From positions 35,836,001-35,900,000 of the forward strand of contig OZ296652.1 in NCBI GenBank assembly GCA_965655095.1: a stretch of 64,000 nt of DNA. Direction: 5' to 3'. The notes under the pieces are model-generated. The model was given only the letters and a program-made list of their open reading frames with translations, was not told the DNA's origin and did no database searches. Positions 21,914-35,400 of the stretch are shown here, piece after piece; within the stretch, counting starts at the first letter, position 1, and each line of letters opens with the position of its first letter. Both the position numbers and the translations under genes were made by a program. Source of the stretch: Haplodiscus bocki (Eukaryota).

Positions 21914-22216
21914 ATATGAACATAAAAATAAAATTAATTTTTTTAGTAATAATAAACTAAAATCCAACCTAGAACCTAGAAATCAAATCTGTTCTGTTAA
22001 AAAATCTGTTTATATCTGATATTAAACTGTTCTGTTCTGTTCTTATCTAGTCAAAAAAATGAGAACTTATCTGTTCAATAGAATGATAACTGGTCTGTTT
22101 TGTCTTTTAATTGGATGATAACAAAATTTGTACCGCTTGTAACATTAAAATAGATAAAGATAAATAAAAGAAACGGAAATTTGTTTGGAAGGACTGTTAT
22201 TATATTAAAAAAAGGA

Positions 22217-22840
22217 ATGTATAATATTAAATACCTATCACCCAATAATAATGAAGATGTTATGTATAAATCCAACAACAACAGAACCCTCATCGAAGGT
22301 TTTTTAAACTGTGGTAAAACATTTCCAATGAATAATTTTTCATCCTATAAACAAGGTTAGATTCATGTAATTACAAAGTGAATGAACCAATATCCCCAAG
22401 AAATCAAAAACATAAGTGATGAAATCCAACTTTTAAACGAATAAGAAAACAGCACTGTTGTTTTTGATGTTATGTTGCTATCGAAAAAAGAATACAAAAT
22501 AGATCTGTTTTTTTACAAAAGGAAGACACATTAATATTCACATATACTACATTTCTCGAAGCCATTTTTATTTCCCAAAAAATATTCTTCGAAAAAACTC
22601 TAATATAAATATTTTTTTTGAGCAAGCACTTAGAGATATCATACTACTATATCATGATATAGCGGGACTAGATATGAATCTGGAAGAATGAAAACAGCTT
22701 CGTCGTTAATCTAGGGAAGTTGAGTATGCTGATTTACAAAAACACAGATTTGCTAAAATAGGAGAGGGTAAGTATACTAGTAGCAAGTTTTAAAAAGTAT
22801 ATAAACAGAATGCATTCCCGAAACATCACTTTTTATTGAA
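22217..22840 (+). pseudogene. Packaging ATPase (A32-like), degenerate
   Basis: RTLIEGFLNCGKT (Walker A), STVVFDV (Walker B), TKGRHIN..IYYIS. Confidence 0.85.
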
Positions 22841-22844
22841 AAAA

Positions 22845-23683
22845 ATGTTGTCTTCAACTAAAAGCATAGATGATTTAAAAAATTTAAAAAAGCTAGTTTC
22901 GTTACAAAACCAAGTACGAGCAGTAAGATTACAATATAATTTAGGAAAACAGAATTTTCATGAGAGTATAAAAGAGATAAATGAACCACTTTCTGATACA
23001 ATTAAAGATACCTCTCGAGGTATAAAAAAACCATAATGCACACTTTTATTGACAACAACAAAACAATTTCAGATTTAAATGAAAAAGTTTTAGACTTAAT
23101 GAATGATAGATGTATGATACCTCCAAATTTAGCTTGCTCTTTAGTTAGTCTTTTTAAACCTGGAAACACAAGCAAATGTAAATTAATATAAGACCCTAAT
23201 TCAAATAGGGATGATGATTTTTTGATCAATGGAAGTATACGAGTTTTTCTATATAGCAACATGTTAACTTTTAGACACAGTAATAAATCCTTTAACTTAG
23301 ACGGAAATCTTTTAAAAACGATGACAAATTATAATTTCAAAGTTAGCCATTCTAATCCTCAAGATCAGAAACTTATTTTTCAGTTTGGAAAAGAAATCAA
23401 TTTTAATATTGAGCAGAAATGACGAAAAAGTAACAGAGATAAATTTCTTATAAATTTACTTAATTCAACAACTATCAGCGTTTCTGGACGTTTAACAAAG
23501 TTTTTATCATCTGATCCTAAGGAACTTTGTAATAAATCAAAGATATTACTGCAAGAGAAACAAGCTGGTAATAGTTCAAAAATAATTGATGAAGAAATCA
23601 TTGCAATAGCAGCAAAATTGATCGAACACAGATGCATATCTACAAAACAGCATAAATTTTTACTACCTAAAGGTTTAAACTAA
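22845..23683 (+). pseudogene. Conserved Polinton structural ORF (homolog of E1 1758..2606)
   Basis: DDLKNLKKL...KQNFHES...EPL; C-terminal FLSSDPKELCNKSKILLQEKQAGN...EEIIAI..KL. Confidence 0.75.
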
Positions 23684-24915
23684 GTGAAAAACATGAAGTT
23701 AATGGAAACAATTTAAATTGTAATTATATACGGTACTCACCATCAGAAAAGAGTACAATAAGCACAGCTAATTCTCAAATGTATATCAACTTATCTCGAG
23801 AAGATTCTGTTGTTTCTCTGATAAATAGTTGTCTTGATTTAAACTTTGATGTTTTACACGCTGCTACCAATGACAGATAAGCAGGTAATAAAGATAAAAG
23901 ATTAGGTAATGTAGGTCCAATTGCTTTATTTAGTAGTTATAAGTTAACAAAGATTAGCGGAAAACACTTAGAAGACATTAGTCATGCTCGCATAGTTTCT
24001 TTAATGTATAAACAAATAAGAAGCTATAAAGATGGTGTCGATTTTTCTATTGGTTTTTTTCGTGATCGAAATAGAAGACAATGAGAGTTAACTGATAAGA
24101 AAATTTTAAAAGGTAAATTCCTTGTTAAAAATATGTTGAAAGATATACTTGGATTTGCAGAACACCAACAAAAAGCTACAAGGGTTTAGGGTATAAAGTA
24201 CCATTAACTAGAAATAATGATATCTCTGTTTCGAATACAGGTAATGCAGCCATCAATGGTAAAAACAAAATTATTATCATTGAAGTGTATGTGCCTCATA
24301 ATACAGCCAGTGTTTCACAACAAGCTATATTATTTAAGCAAATTTTAAGTAAGACAGCTACAGAGCTTCAAGATGTAGAAAGATCTGTTTTTATGAAAGA
24401 AGTTATTACTCAAAGTTTTTGGACTTTTGAATAGGGAACTCGAGAAGGCACAATCGTTCCCATATGGATTATTGTAGGTTTCCAGCAAAAAGATAGACAA
24501 GATTCAGAAAAACAATGATTCTTTTTAAAGACTTTCAGTAACAAGCGCTCAATGCGTTGTTGGAACAGAAAAAAATCCTGATTCAGCTTTTTTATTAAAT
24601 TATGATGATGATGATTATTCTCAAGGTTATGGTCAAATTAAAGAAACTTTTAGAGCTTTAACAAAAGATGACATACTCAACCTATATATATCAGATCAAG
24701 ATTTTGGATCAAATAATTTTGCTAATGACGTTGGTTATAACTTATGCGTTTTCGATATACGATATCAGAAAAACCTAGAATCTGCTGAACCAATTAAAGT
24801 AGAATCTTTTTTTTCAGAAGGTATTCCAGTTAGAATATATGCCTACGTTTTAGTTTTGACAATTGATGTTGTTAATGTAAGCTCAGATGGACAAAGACAC
24901 TTTGATTTAATTTGA
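23684..24915 (+). pseudogene. Major capsid protein, degenerate
   Basis: DYIRYSP..., GPIALFSSYKL...GKHLEDI, LKDILGFAEHQQKAT.GLGYK, VPIWIIVGFQQ, VFDIRYQK, VSSDGQRHFDLI*. Confidence 0.88.
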
Positions 24916-25753
24916 GTATAAATTTTTCGTAAAATCATTATTTTCTTTCTTAGATAATTTTGTCTTTTTCAACAGAGCTTCATTTTATCTTTCGGGAAGC
25001 TGATCGGTTTTGTAGCTTGGTTTTGAAACATTAACAACTTCAGTATTTTTATACGATTTATATGACCAAATAGTTGTATCTCCTTTTGAGAACGTGTTCT
25101 CTAAATTTTCAGCTCGAACGAGATCATTTACTTGAAACTTTGGTTTTATTTTCTCTCATTTTCAAATTAAATTAACGTAAACATGTCCTTCATGCTTTTT
25201 TAAAAAAGCTTGTTCTGGTGTTAAATTTGTGGAAGTATATACTCGCTTTTTTGTAGTTTTGATATTAAGGACAATACATCAATCCAACTGCTTTCACCCT
25301 GTTCAGAAAGAGGTCGTTTAAGAAAATCTTTAGTAGTGCGATTAAAACTTTCTGCAAAAGCAGCTGCTAAGGAAGTATTTCTCGATTAGTGTTTAATGTT
25401 ATTGTTATTTAGGAAATTTTGAAAAATCTTGTTATAACAATCTTCACCTCTGTCTGATTCAATTACTTTTGGTTTTCGTTTTTGGGTTATAAATATATTT
25501 TCGAGTTTCTTATTGTTTCAGCGTTTATTTTTTTTGAAGCAATTGTCCAACCAAATTTTGAGAAGAAGTCGATTATTATCAAAACATATCTACAACTTCT
25601 ATTGTTTTCAGGACCGTAATCTTTTGAATCTAATATGTCTTAACTCCAAATGTTATCAATATAAAAAACATCTGTTCTGTAGGTGGTATAAATCTGTTGT
25701 GGTGGTTTGGATTAAATTTCATCTCTAAAGTTTTTTAGTGTTTTCTGAGTCAT
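24905..25753 (-). pseudogene. Retroviral-like (rve, DDE) integrase of the Polinton
   Basis: Minus strand: IWS.DILD...YVLIIIDFFSKFGWT, IESDRGE, AFAESFNRT, W+DVL, TNLTPEQA, PKFQVNDLVR, TFSKGDTTIWS. Confidence 0.88.
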
Positions 25754-25759
25754 TTCTTG

Positions 25760-26031
25760 AGAAATTTTCTTTCAATGCTTTTATTCTGTTTTCTAGATCA
25801 ACATAGGATTTAAGTTATTCTTCAAAGTTTAAATATCTGTAATTTTGTTTCTGTAAAGTTTATTTCTATTTTTTCATAATATATTTTTCGTCGGTTTGAT
25901 ACTTCATCTTCATTTTCGAAGTAAGGTTTTGGGCTTCTTTCACTATTACAAACTTTATATTCTTTATAAACTTTTTGGAAATTGTTGATAATTTTTTTAA
26001 TATTACACATACTACAGGTTTTAGTCTCCAT
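25760..26031 (-). pseudogene. Small Cys-rich (Zn-binding) basic protein
   Basis: METKTCSMCNIKK..NNF......KVCN..RS.K.Y.EN; TAAATG start. Confidence 0.45.
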
Positions 26032-26102
26032 TTATTTATCACGTTTGTTTCGAAAAGGTATTTTTATCTCAATAAATTCTTCCCTAAGATAAAAATAGTG
26101 TG

Positions 26103-29100
26103 ATGAGCAAAACTCAAGTAGCTGAAAAAAGATATAGGGATAGAGTAAGGAAAATTGAAAAATAAATTAGAAAAACAAAAAACATAAAAAGCAAAGAAAG
26201 AAATTTTTAAAAAAATGAAAGAAGACGACAAAAAGTATAATTAACATCTACAAAACACGAAAAAATCAACGAAAAAACAAAAAAACCTTATGAATTATAT
26301 ACGAAAAGAACTTTAATTGGAACACAAAATAAATCAAATAAAGAAATAAAACAAAACGAAAGAAAACAAAAAAGAGAAAGTGTAATGGATGAACATATTA
26401 ATTTAGGTAATTTTTTTGAATTAACTTACTCCAACCAAATGTATGTTGAGGGTTTAACTTTACATGAAGCTAGATCTGACTTTTTTCAAGATTATACATG
26501 TGATTTGGAGGTCAACGGATCGATTGTTACTGGACCTGTTGAACTTAGAGCAAATACTAGATTTAGAATAATGGTTGATTTTGAAAGTTATATAAATGCA
26601 ATAGGTATTGATTATGATAGCGAAGATGTTACTTTTATTGCGTATGTTTATAAATAAAACACATGTCAATTCATTGTTGTTAAACGAAGCGCTCACGCTA
26701 AAGGTAATAAATACATGAAAAAATTTTTCGAAAATCGTGGACCAAACTGTTTTTTACCAATTTCCAGAATGTGTTTTATCAAATGTATTGATTTTTTCAC
26801 TGATAAAGATTATACAGAAGAGTTTTGGGATTTATTTAGAAATGAAAACTAAAAATCGGGAGTAGCGAGCTCTGCTAGAACTCAACCATTTTGTATTAAA
26901 TGTTGTATCAACCTTGCTTGTTTTGATGGAAAGCGGAAAAATCCTCCAAAGACAACTCTGAGAAACATATCATTGTTCTTATATAATAAACATTTCTGTT
27001 TTTTTTTGGAAATCAAATGGTACTAGTTTTAATCAAGCCATAGAGGAGTTAAAATTAACTTTCAAATTTGTTGAAAAAGTTATATCCGATCAACATGTAA
27101 AAACTTTTGTTAAATATGAATATAAACCTGAAGAAGTACAATCTACCTTAAGTAATACAGTTGCGTATCATTAAAAACTTTTTTTAAACATAGAGCAGTT
27201 CCGTATTGTAGTTGTGTATAAATTTTAAATAAAATTTCTGTTAAATACCATTGATATATAAAAGAAAAAGAATATCAAAATTGTTTAAATGGTTGTCTTG
27301 TTTTTAAAGGATCTAATTTAGATAACGAAATGATGGATCATGTTTTATCGTTCAAACGAGAAGTCAAAAAAGCCAAAAATGAAAAAGTTGAGTGCAATCT
27401 GTATTTGATAGCGCATGATGGATCTGGGTTTGATAGTTATGTTGTTTTAAACAATCTACCTCAATGGAGAAATGTTGCTAAAATAATTAAAAACGTAGCT
27501 GGTATCATTTTATTTGAAGTATTTAATGGATATGTAGATGAAAACAAAAAAAAATCCCTAATATGAACCTTTTCCATGTGGGAGGGTTAGGGTTAGGGTT
27601 AGGTTTGAAAAGTGGTTTGAAAAAAAGGTGTTAGTTATAAATTACAACCTTCGTTAATGAAACAAGAAATGGAACATGATGAGATTTTTGAAGGTACGTG
27701 GGAAGCTAAAAAAACGAATGGTTGCCACATTTTTAAAATGACGTATTATCAACTGCTTTCTGTTATGCTAGATATTTTCATATGGAAAAATGCAAAAAAT
27801 TTGGTATGAAAACAGTTCAACATTACCATCATTGGCGAATCAGTCTTTCAGTAGTTTAACAGATGAAAACGACGAACCAATTTATACATACACCGCTCAC
27901 TTTATGAGAATTTTTGTAATTATCTCAATTAAAATTGGTAGATGTAATGCTCTTGACCAACATTAAAAATCTGAAATTAGTGGTGACGTTTCCAATGTTA
28001 TTTCAAAAAATTAAACGTTAACGGCAACATATGTGATCTTCTAGAGTAGTATTTTGAATTTTTAAACAAATATGAGAAGCTTCATGCAAAAGAATTTGAT
28101 TCAAAATAGGAGGATTATAGAGATATTAATCAAGAGGAAGAAACTGACTCTAATAACAATAAACTTAAAATTTTACCAATTCAAAAAGATAAGTCAAAAC
28201 TAAATTTTAAAAAAACTTAAAATGGGTTTGACGCTACAATTTTATACCCAAGTGCTATGTGGCATAAAAACAGCGTTTACCTTAAAATAGAAACTGGTTA
28301 TGCTTTAAAAACTCATATGAACGATGTGTTTGTTAACGATTTCAATATTTGAAATTTTGATCAATATGGTAACAATAGCGCAATTTTAAAATTAAAAATA
28401 TACAATCCACTAAGTCTTTTATTTCAACATTTAGAAGTTGAAGAAAAAATTAAAAACATAGAAGTTAATAGAATGAGAAAAGGTTATATCTTTGATACGT
28501 TAACGTCGGTTGATATTCAAGAAGTTGTTAAAATGGGTTGGAAGGTAATTCGAATTAACGAAGGGGTTATTTGTCGCGGAAACTAAAAGATATTGATCCT
28601 CAGAAAATTTATATAACAATTGTTTGCTTCAAGACAAAAATACAGAGACGAAAAACAACGATTCAATGCAAGGGTTAGCCAAATTGATTATGAAAAGCTT
28701 ATACGGAGTTCGAATTCGAAAAGATATTATTGAACCATATTATTGTACATCAGAGCATTGGTTTCAAACAGAATATGATAGAAATATGTTGCGTTATTGA
28801 AAATAACCAAGTGGAAAATTTGTTGTAAAAATGGAAAAAAAATAATGGAATGGATGATGATTGTGATATAGAAAATATTATATTTTGCCTGCGATTTTGG
28901 GAGCTTTTATCTTAAGTAATAGTGAAAGAATTACGAATAGTTGTGATAGACAAATAAACGGTTTTCGCAAAATCATTGTTTGTTACACTGATACTGATTC
29001 ACTGTATTTTGACGGAAATTATAGGTTGTGTTAGATAAAACTAAACTGGTTGGAGAAGAGTTAGGTCAAAGCAAAAATGATCACAAAATCGATGGTGTAT

Positions 29101-29113
29101 TCTTTATTTCGTT
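26103..29113 (+). pseudogene. polB: Protein-primed family B DNA polymerase (pPolB), degenerate, cut by the gap
   Basis: ExoII LIAHDGSGFDSY (~27410), ExoIII-like KNDVLS, motif A FDATILYPSAM (~28230), motif B KLIMKSLYG (~28681), motif C YTDTDSLY (~28984). Confidence 0.93.
27583..27603 (+). repeat. Short interstitial (TTAGGG)n tract inside pPolB
   Basis: AGGGTTAGGGTTAGGGTTAGG. Confidence 0.75.
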
Positions 29114-29313
29114 NNNNNNNNNNNNNNNNNNNNNNNNNNNNNNNNNNNNNNNNNNNNNNNNNNNNNNNNNNNNNNNNNNNNNNNNNNNNNNNNNNNNNNN
29201 NNNNNNNNNNNNNNNNNNNNNNNNNNNNNNNNNNNNNNNNNNNNNNNNNNNNNNNNNNNNNNNNNNNNNNNNNNNNNNNNNNNNNNNNNNNNNNNNNNNN
29301 NNNNNNNNNNNNN
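29114..29313. other. Assembly gap (200 N)
   Basis: Run of N. Confidence 1.
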
Positions 29314-30474
29314 CCTGATTCTGAGACCGTGATTATGCTTTTTTGTCCAATTAATGGTAAGCAAAAGGTATAGACCATCAAGTAACTTTTGTTTTTTGGT
29401 ATCAGTTTAAATCCAAATCAGCCGTTTCAATTCCATATTGATACCACTGTCGTTTTGTGGGAAAGGCAAGTGATAGTTTTGTAAACTAAAACACTCGTTC
29501 CGAAAAAATTGGCAACTTTTTTCAGAAAAAAATAAGAAAAAAATTACGACGAATTCATTTGGAACTTAGATTGATGAAGCAAAACTTCGTTTGTTATATG
29601 GGGGGAAAGTTTTGTACAATTGGTAGAAACGTAGAGGATCAATTTCGTTCCACAAGTGTATAAGGCGTTGCAGCCACCGAAGCATTTAACCTAAAAGAAA
29701 GAAGAAAAACTGTGAAAAAGATCCACCAGTATTTTTTCCTATAATCAGTGAACGTCATTTTCGTTTATGTTTTGAAATTATTGGGTGCAAAGAACCTTGT
29801 CGGGTGGAATTAAAGGTAATTCCTACAACAAACAAAAACTTTGTCACAGTAAATTACGGTTGTTAGAAATCGGTTGCTTTTTTAATGTTTTGAAAGCTAC
29901 GCTAAAAAACTATCAAACTTAGCATTACGCAAAGACTCTAAACATAGGGAAATTGAGCTTTCACATTTTTCAGCGGGTACTTTTCCGTATAAATTTATTT
30001 GAACATGGCTTGTATTTCAATAAAAATGGAAGAATTTCAAACCACTCACTAACGTGATAAGGGGAGAACCTCATCTAATTTTAAAAAAACTCCCACACGA
30101 ATAAGAAAACTTTCGGACTTATCACATTTTAAACAAAGTAAAAGTTGAGAATGCACAATATTTGAAGACCCAAAAACATTTTTTGTGATGTCACATTATT
30201 AGCTGACATGATTGAGAACCTCATTGAATCAAACTGTGAAAAGAAAATGTGAACCCAGTATCTGTTGTTTTTTCAGTAGTTCACACAAGCGATGCTGGTC
30301 TAGGAAGTACAAAAACAGTTATATCATATAAAGATAATCTAGAAACTTTTTAACTAATATAGACTGTAAATAGAGGAAAATCAGGTATTGAGGGAAACAG
30401 ATTTTTGATTTTTGACTGAGGAAATTGATAAAGTTGGCAGAAGCTAAATCACTTCGTCGAGACAGTTCGACGCG

Positions 30475-31445
30475 GTGTTTGACAGTGATGAATAACCTGC
30501 CCCCCATTGTCTACTCGTCAGCTGCGTTATTCTTTGCTGATGATCGCAAAGTCATTTTCCAAGGAAGCGACAAAACTTCAGCGAATATACAAAATGATTT
30601 GATTACTTTGCACAATCGGAGTATACGAAACCACCTGCTGTTCAACTATAAGAAAGGCTCTGACTGAGTTTAAAGTCGGAAAACGCGCTAAGCTTTCAAG
30701 CCCAGCTGCTTTCATGTTAGGAAACAACGAGATCAATGCGAATACACCAGTAAGAGATGCCGGACTAGTAATTTGTGAGAACCTAAGTTGGGCTGATCAT
30801 CTCAACTACAGAATCGGGGAAGCCATGAAAGCTTTTTTCTCCTGCAACGAAATATTTCATCCTTAATGAGCTTGGAGTCAAAGATTCACCTTTGCCGAGC
30901 AGTAATAGCCCCCACTCTCTTCTTTGCATCCCAATGGTGGGAACTACCACGACCCGAAATTCACACCGTAGAAAATTTCCACAAAAAAGTAGTGAAATGC
31001 ATCTGTGGAAGTATTAACTACAAGGTGGCATTCAAACAAGCCAAAATTCTACCACCACCCTTTTTCAAGTTTTTGAAGGGTCTGTTACTGTTCAGCTACC
31101 TAGCGACTGCAAAATGCGATGTTGACTTCTCAGAGGAACTCCAGTTTGTTTGAAATGGTCGCAAGCGAAAAGTTCTACTCCCCAACATCAAAAATGAAGT
31201 GCAGCGGCTAAATTTTTGTGCAGAACAGGGTTCAGAGTGAATGCCATAGAACAACGAATGGATTTTGAATGAGGAATAGTTGGAGAACAGACTGATTCAA
31301 TACAAGTAGCGCTATTTTGAGCGAAATTGGATTGAGCAGAATCCATGCACATGGACTTTTCTTTGTATTTGTATCGAGCTAACACAAGAAATACAACGCG
31401 GGGCTAATACCCCAGTGGCATATCCACGAAGTCATAATAATAACA
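30475..31445 (+). mobile_element. 5'-truncated non-LTR retrotransposon (CR1/L2-like RT C-terminus)
   Basis: MNNLP...LFFADDRKV (YADD-like), IQNDL, RDAGLVI.ENLSW.DH, K.HLCRAVIAPTLFFASQWW; ends in a short (TAA)n tail at ~31435. Confidence 0.85.
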
Positions 31446-31449
31446 AAAA

Positions 31450-32150
31450 CGATAATATTCATCGTATGCAGAGGAGATTTGAAAAATATTTGCAATGATG
31501 AAATATCTTTTGCAACAGGTAATGTAAAAAAAGTTACGCGTTCGAATGCATCTGAAAAACTCAGTAGGTGCTAATGATAAATCGAAACCTTTTCAATTTT
31601 GGGTCGAAAAAATATCTTCTACAGAAGGAAGCAGCCTTATAAAACAATTGTGAACCATGTGAGAAAGGAAATTGTGATCAAACCTATTAATGGATAGTTT
31701 TTAAAGTTTGGATCTTTACGCCTTTGAAGGCAGCCAGCATTGAAATTAACAGACGTTCACAATTTTTGGAAGACCAACAAAAGCCATGTTTGATCACCGA
31801 TGAAAGCAGATGTACAAAGAAAGCCGTTTCAAAGTTTTTGTTCTTGCAAGGTTATAAAAAATTATTGAAATAAAAACGTTTATCAGATTAGTAATGGAAA
31901 GTACTCGTAGAAGAAATCTTTTACTTTTCCGACTCGATAATGAAAAAAAAACAATTCAGGCAATAAAAAAAGAATACCTTCACAGATTTCTATTCTTATG
32001 GTAATTCTGCTTGTTTTTTGTTTCCAAAGCAAGTCGTACAAGAAATGACAATTATTATTCAAAGGGAAAATTTTAGGATTTACTGTATTAGGTTGATCAA
32101 AAACACATACGTATACAGCACATAAACTTTTACACCTCATTTTTGCTTTT
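31450..32150 (-). pseudogene. pPolB N-terminal/exonuclease fragment of E3
   Basis: NNCHFLYDLLWK...KVKDFFYEYFP aligns to E2 YNKHFC..WKS...HVKTFVKYEYKP. FSTQN*KGFD resembles ExoII. FPQYLIF continues on the far side of the LINE (~30390). Confidence 0.55.
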
Positions 32151-32589
32151 TAAAGTTAGAAATACTTTGTTTTTGTATTGTGATTCATTTTTTCACCAAG
32201 AAAACAAAGGATATAAGTAAAGACTTAAAAAACTTAAAAGATAAGTCCATTTTTAGTAGTCCATCAAAAATCATGAACTATAATATGATAAAGTGATTAT
32301 AATTTTGTTAACTTGTGGTAGAAACTCCGGGAGGAAATGGGACAGCTTAATTTGATGCGTAAAGTGGAAAAAGTACGCAATAAAAAGTAGCCTTGGAGAA
32401 AAAGAAAAAACGTTTTAGAACGAATAATTGAGACACCAAGCAAAAAACCTCTTTCTGAGACAAAACAATTTTGTTTAATGGTAGAACGAGTTTTCGATCA
32501 AAGAGAGATTAGCGCAAAAAGAACTGAAAATCAACAAACGTAGTTACTTAAAAATAAACAAACGGCACCAAAATCTTTGACGGAAGAAG

Positions 32590-33910
32590 AAACTAGGTCA
32601 TTTTATGAAATTTGTCCTTTTCGAAACAACATAGACTTAACGTTTTTGTTAATTTTGTAGACAACATTTACACTAGTCCTAATTTGGATGAAAACGTTTT
32701 TGTCAGTAATTATGTATGGATAATAGTTTTTGCTGATACTATTTTTCTTCAAACATCATCAGCGGAAACAGTCTCAGCAAAATTAGAGCAAACGTTTTTA
32801 GAATGAAGAGAAGAATGTTTTTTCAAAAACGGACATCAAAACTATGAATATTATCCAAATTCACCAGTATCAACATCGTGATAGTCAACTTCATTTGATT
32901 TTGAAATCTTTTTTTAGACATCTAAAATATTTAGATAGCGTCTTTAGTTTTATGTCTAAAACAAGCCACACCTTTTTCCCTTACCTTGATATCTTTTGTT
33001 ACTTCTACCGTAAACTTATACAAGGATCGAGTCTTTTTCTGCTGCCATTTTACTTCCGGAAGGGAACTGGGTGTCCATTTAAGGTAGCGTTTCTTGGAAA
33101 ATGCGAGTCCCATCTGTCCCTAGGTTGAAATCTTTTGCGAAACAATTGAATCAAAAAACTAAATATTCTGCTGCATTACGTTTTTTCCGAAACAAATCTT
33201 TCGATGTATGGGAAAAAAGTTGGAGGTTTAGCTGTATCATAGTCTTCTAGTAACGTTTGCAACGTAAGACTTGGAATGTAAAGTGCTGTACAGTAGATGA
33301 GGTCATCCAGAGTAGTCATCCTAATATCTCCCTCGTCACGACCTAAAACCGTATCACCATCTTTCCTTTTCATCCTTACCTAAAAACATGAACAAAATTT
33401 ACTCTTCTCTTGATTTTCAACCGCACAGATATTTTTTCGTGGAAACGCAACATCAAACGTTTCATTATTTTTCTTGTTAGGCTTCATTTTTCTTCCACGA
33501 CCGCCATCATTACGTTCAAAACCGATAGATAAATCAGCCCGACATTTAGAGTTTGCTAATAAAGAGTATATTTAACATAAACAAAGAACATGATCAATAC
33601 TTTTAAAAGTGTTTTCCAGCTGTAGCTGTCGTTTTGTTTTCAGTAATCACAGCAGTGGGAGCTAAGATAGCTAGTCTTTAGTTAACGAAACTTTTCAGTT
33701 GTTTCATTACCAATTTGATGAGTAATAAATAACAAATTCTAATTCAAGGTAGTGAATATTGAGGCGTTTTCCCGTGTCTTTTCTTAGTGTATCAATAGAA
33801 ACATAGAAAGTACTTGTGTATACAATACTTAATTGTGGGCGAGTATAACGAGTGAAAGGACGTTTAGCGATTGATTTATCTTCTACAGAAAAATCACTCA
33901 GTGCACACAA
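32590..33910 (-). pseudogene. Major capsid protein remnant of E3
   Basis: LSDFSVEDKSIAKRPFTRYT...YLELEFVI; APTA..TENK.TATAGKH; ADLSIGFERN; ENQEKS; YIPSL...YIERFV. Colinear with the E2 MCP. Confidence 0.75.
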
Positions 33911-33919
33911 AATCTGCTT

Positions 33920-34800
33920 GTTTTGAAAAATGAGAAAACATTACCTTGATGAGTTGGAGTTATGCACGTGTAATCAAATTTGTCACTATTACCTTTACCT
34001 TGCTTCTCTTTCATCATTGATTGTCATATGCTACATATTTCTGAGATCTACTAAAGAAAATTATTTGTGGCAATCTTTTTTCAAAATTCTTTTTTCAAAA
34101 AATTACGAAGAAGCTCATCTAGTACTTCTGGGATGTCAAACAAATAATTTGTAATCGATTGTTTTTCATAAATCTTTGATAGCAGAATATTCTGGGCATT
34201 TTCTTCCTACTGTTTGTACTAATTGAGATTTTCATGTGATCACCTTTTTATGTCTTAACAAAAGCAGAGCCTCTTTGAAAAGATGGAGAAAAACCTCCAC
34301 TTTTCTATGATTCTCTTCTCTCTACTTGTTTTAGTCACTATCAGTTGTTTTGAAAAATTCAGATAGTTTCTTTCAAATGGACTACTGTTTTTAGACGAGT
34401 TTATTTGTATAACGGAGGTCTAAATGAAGCTTTTTTCAAACGTCTTTAAATTCCATGTGCAAAAGTTGTACTTTTTTACTCTTTTCTATGGTTTTTCCTG
34501 ATTTCAATTCATTGTTGGTTTTGTCTGGTTTTTTTGAGTGCTTTCGTACCTGAAAGAGTTTCTTTGACTTTCCTGTTACAGTTTAAATGGTTTCTCTCCT
34601 ACAAGAGTCTTTTTGACTCATTGTTTCTATCTATCGAATGTCTACAACAAATTCTGTAATTGATTCAAAAACATCCTGAATGTGTCACCTGAGAACTTGT
34701 TCACATTGTTACTCTAAAAATCTATTTCTCTCTTTTTAGAGATTGCGGATGTTATTCTGTCAAAACGTCCGGATCGGACTGTATGTTATTGGATTTAATC
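33920..34800 (-). pseudogene. Remnant of the conserved structural ORF of E3
   Basis: HIQDVFESITE near the N-terminus; KEKQGKGNSDKF..TCITPT at the C-terminus, matching E2 EKQAGN...CIST. Confidence 0.55.
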
Positions 34801-34819
34801 GATTTTCGAATAGTTTGAA

Positions 34820-35400
34820 ACGGGTTTGTGTTTAGTATGCTTACTGTCTACAAATACAGTTTTTCGCTTTCTTTTTTCTCTATGATCTATCTTTCAAAAA
34901 GCGAATAATATCATCATCTTCCTATGATTGTCTACAAAGGCTCCTGAACACAACATTAATTGTATCGAACCCAATAGGGTCACTTTAAACTATTTCGACC
35001 TCGTGGAATGTTTTTTAAAAACTGGTCATGCTCCTAATTTGCTTTATCGCTGTTTTGGTAAATCAGAAAGACAATAATATAAAACTAAACATCCAAACTA
35101 AAATGTTTTTCTCTTGTAAAAAATGGTCTGTTGTTTTTTCGTTTGAAAGTAGCATATCATCCAAAACGGTATTACCTCCCATAAAGTCTGAAAATTCCGA
35201 AATTTTTCTTGGTACTTTTCCTCAAAAGCCTGATATTACTTGATCTTGTTTTGATTCAAAACTTTGATCAGGAGAACTGGTTATTTAAAACCAAATTCTG
35301 TCACAAAATCACAGGTTTTTCTTAACCAGATGTTTGTACCTGGAATTGGGAACGTACAAAAAACTTTTTATCATCAACTTTGGGTCTATCCGTTGAATAG
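34820..35400 (-). pseudogene. Packaging ATPase remnant of E3
   Basis: GGNTVLDDMLLSNEK..DHF/TREKH.SLDV, colinear with the E2 ATPase. Confidence 0.65.

Larger units (their letters stand above)
14945..29113 (+). mobile_element. Polinton/Maverick element E2, near-complete but pseudogenised; right end lost in the N gap
   Basis: Contains degenerate adenain protease, two minor capsids, ATPase, MCP, rve integrase and pPolB. Left terminus is homologous to the E1 terminus. Confidence 0.95.

Noticed and set aside
1-29113. E1 and E2 as two arms of one giant inverted-repeat element
   Set aside because: They differ in gene order, protein sequence and degree of decay, and their homologous termini face inward, so they are separate insertions.
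29028-29381. ORFs spanning the N run
   Set aside because: Artefacts of the assembly gap.
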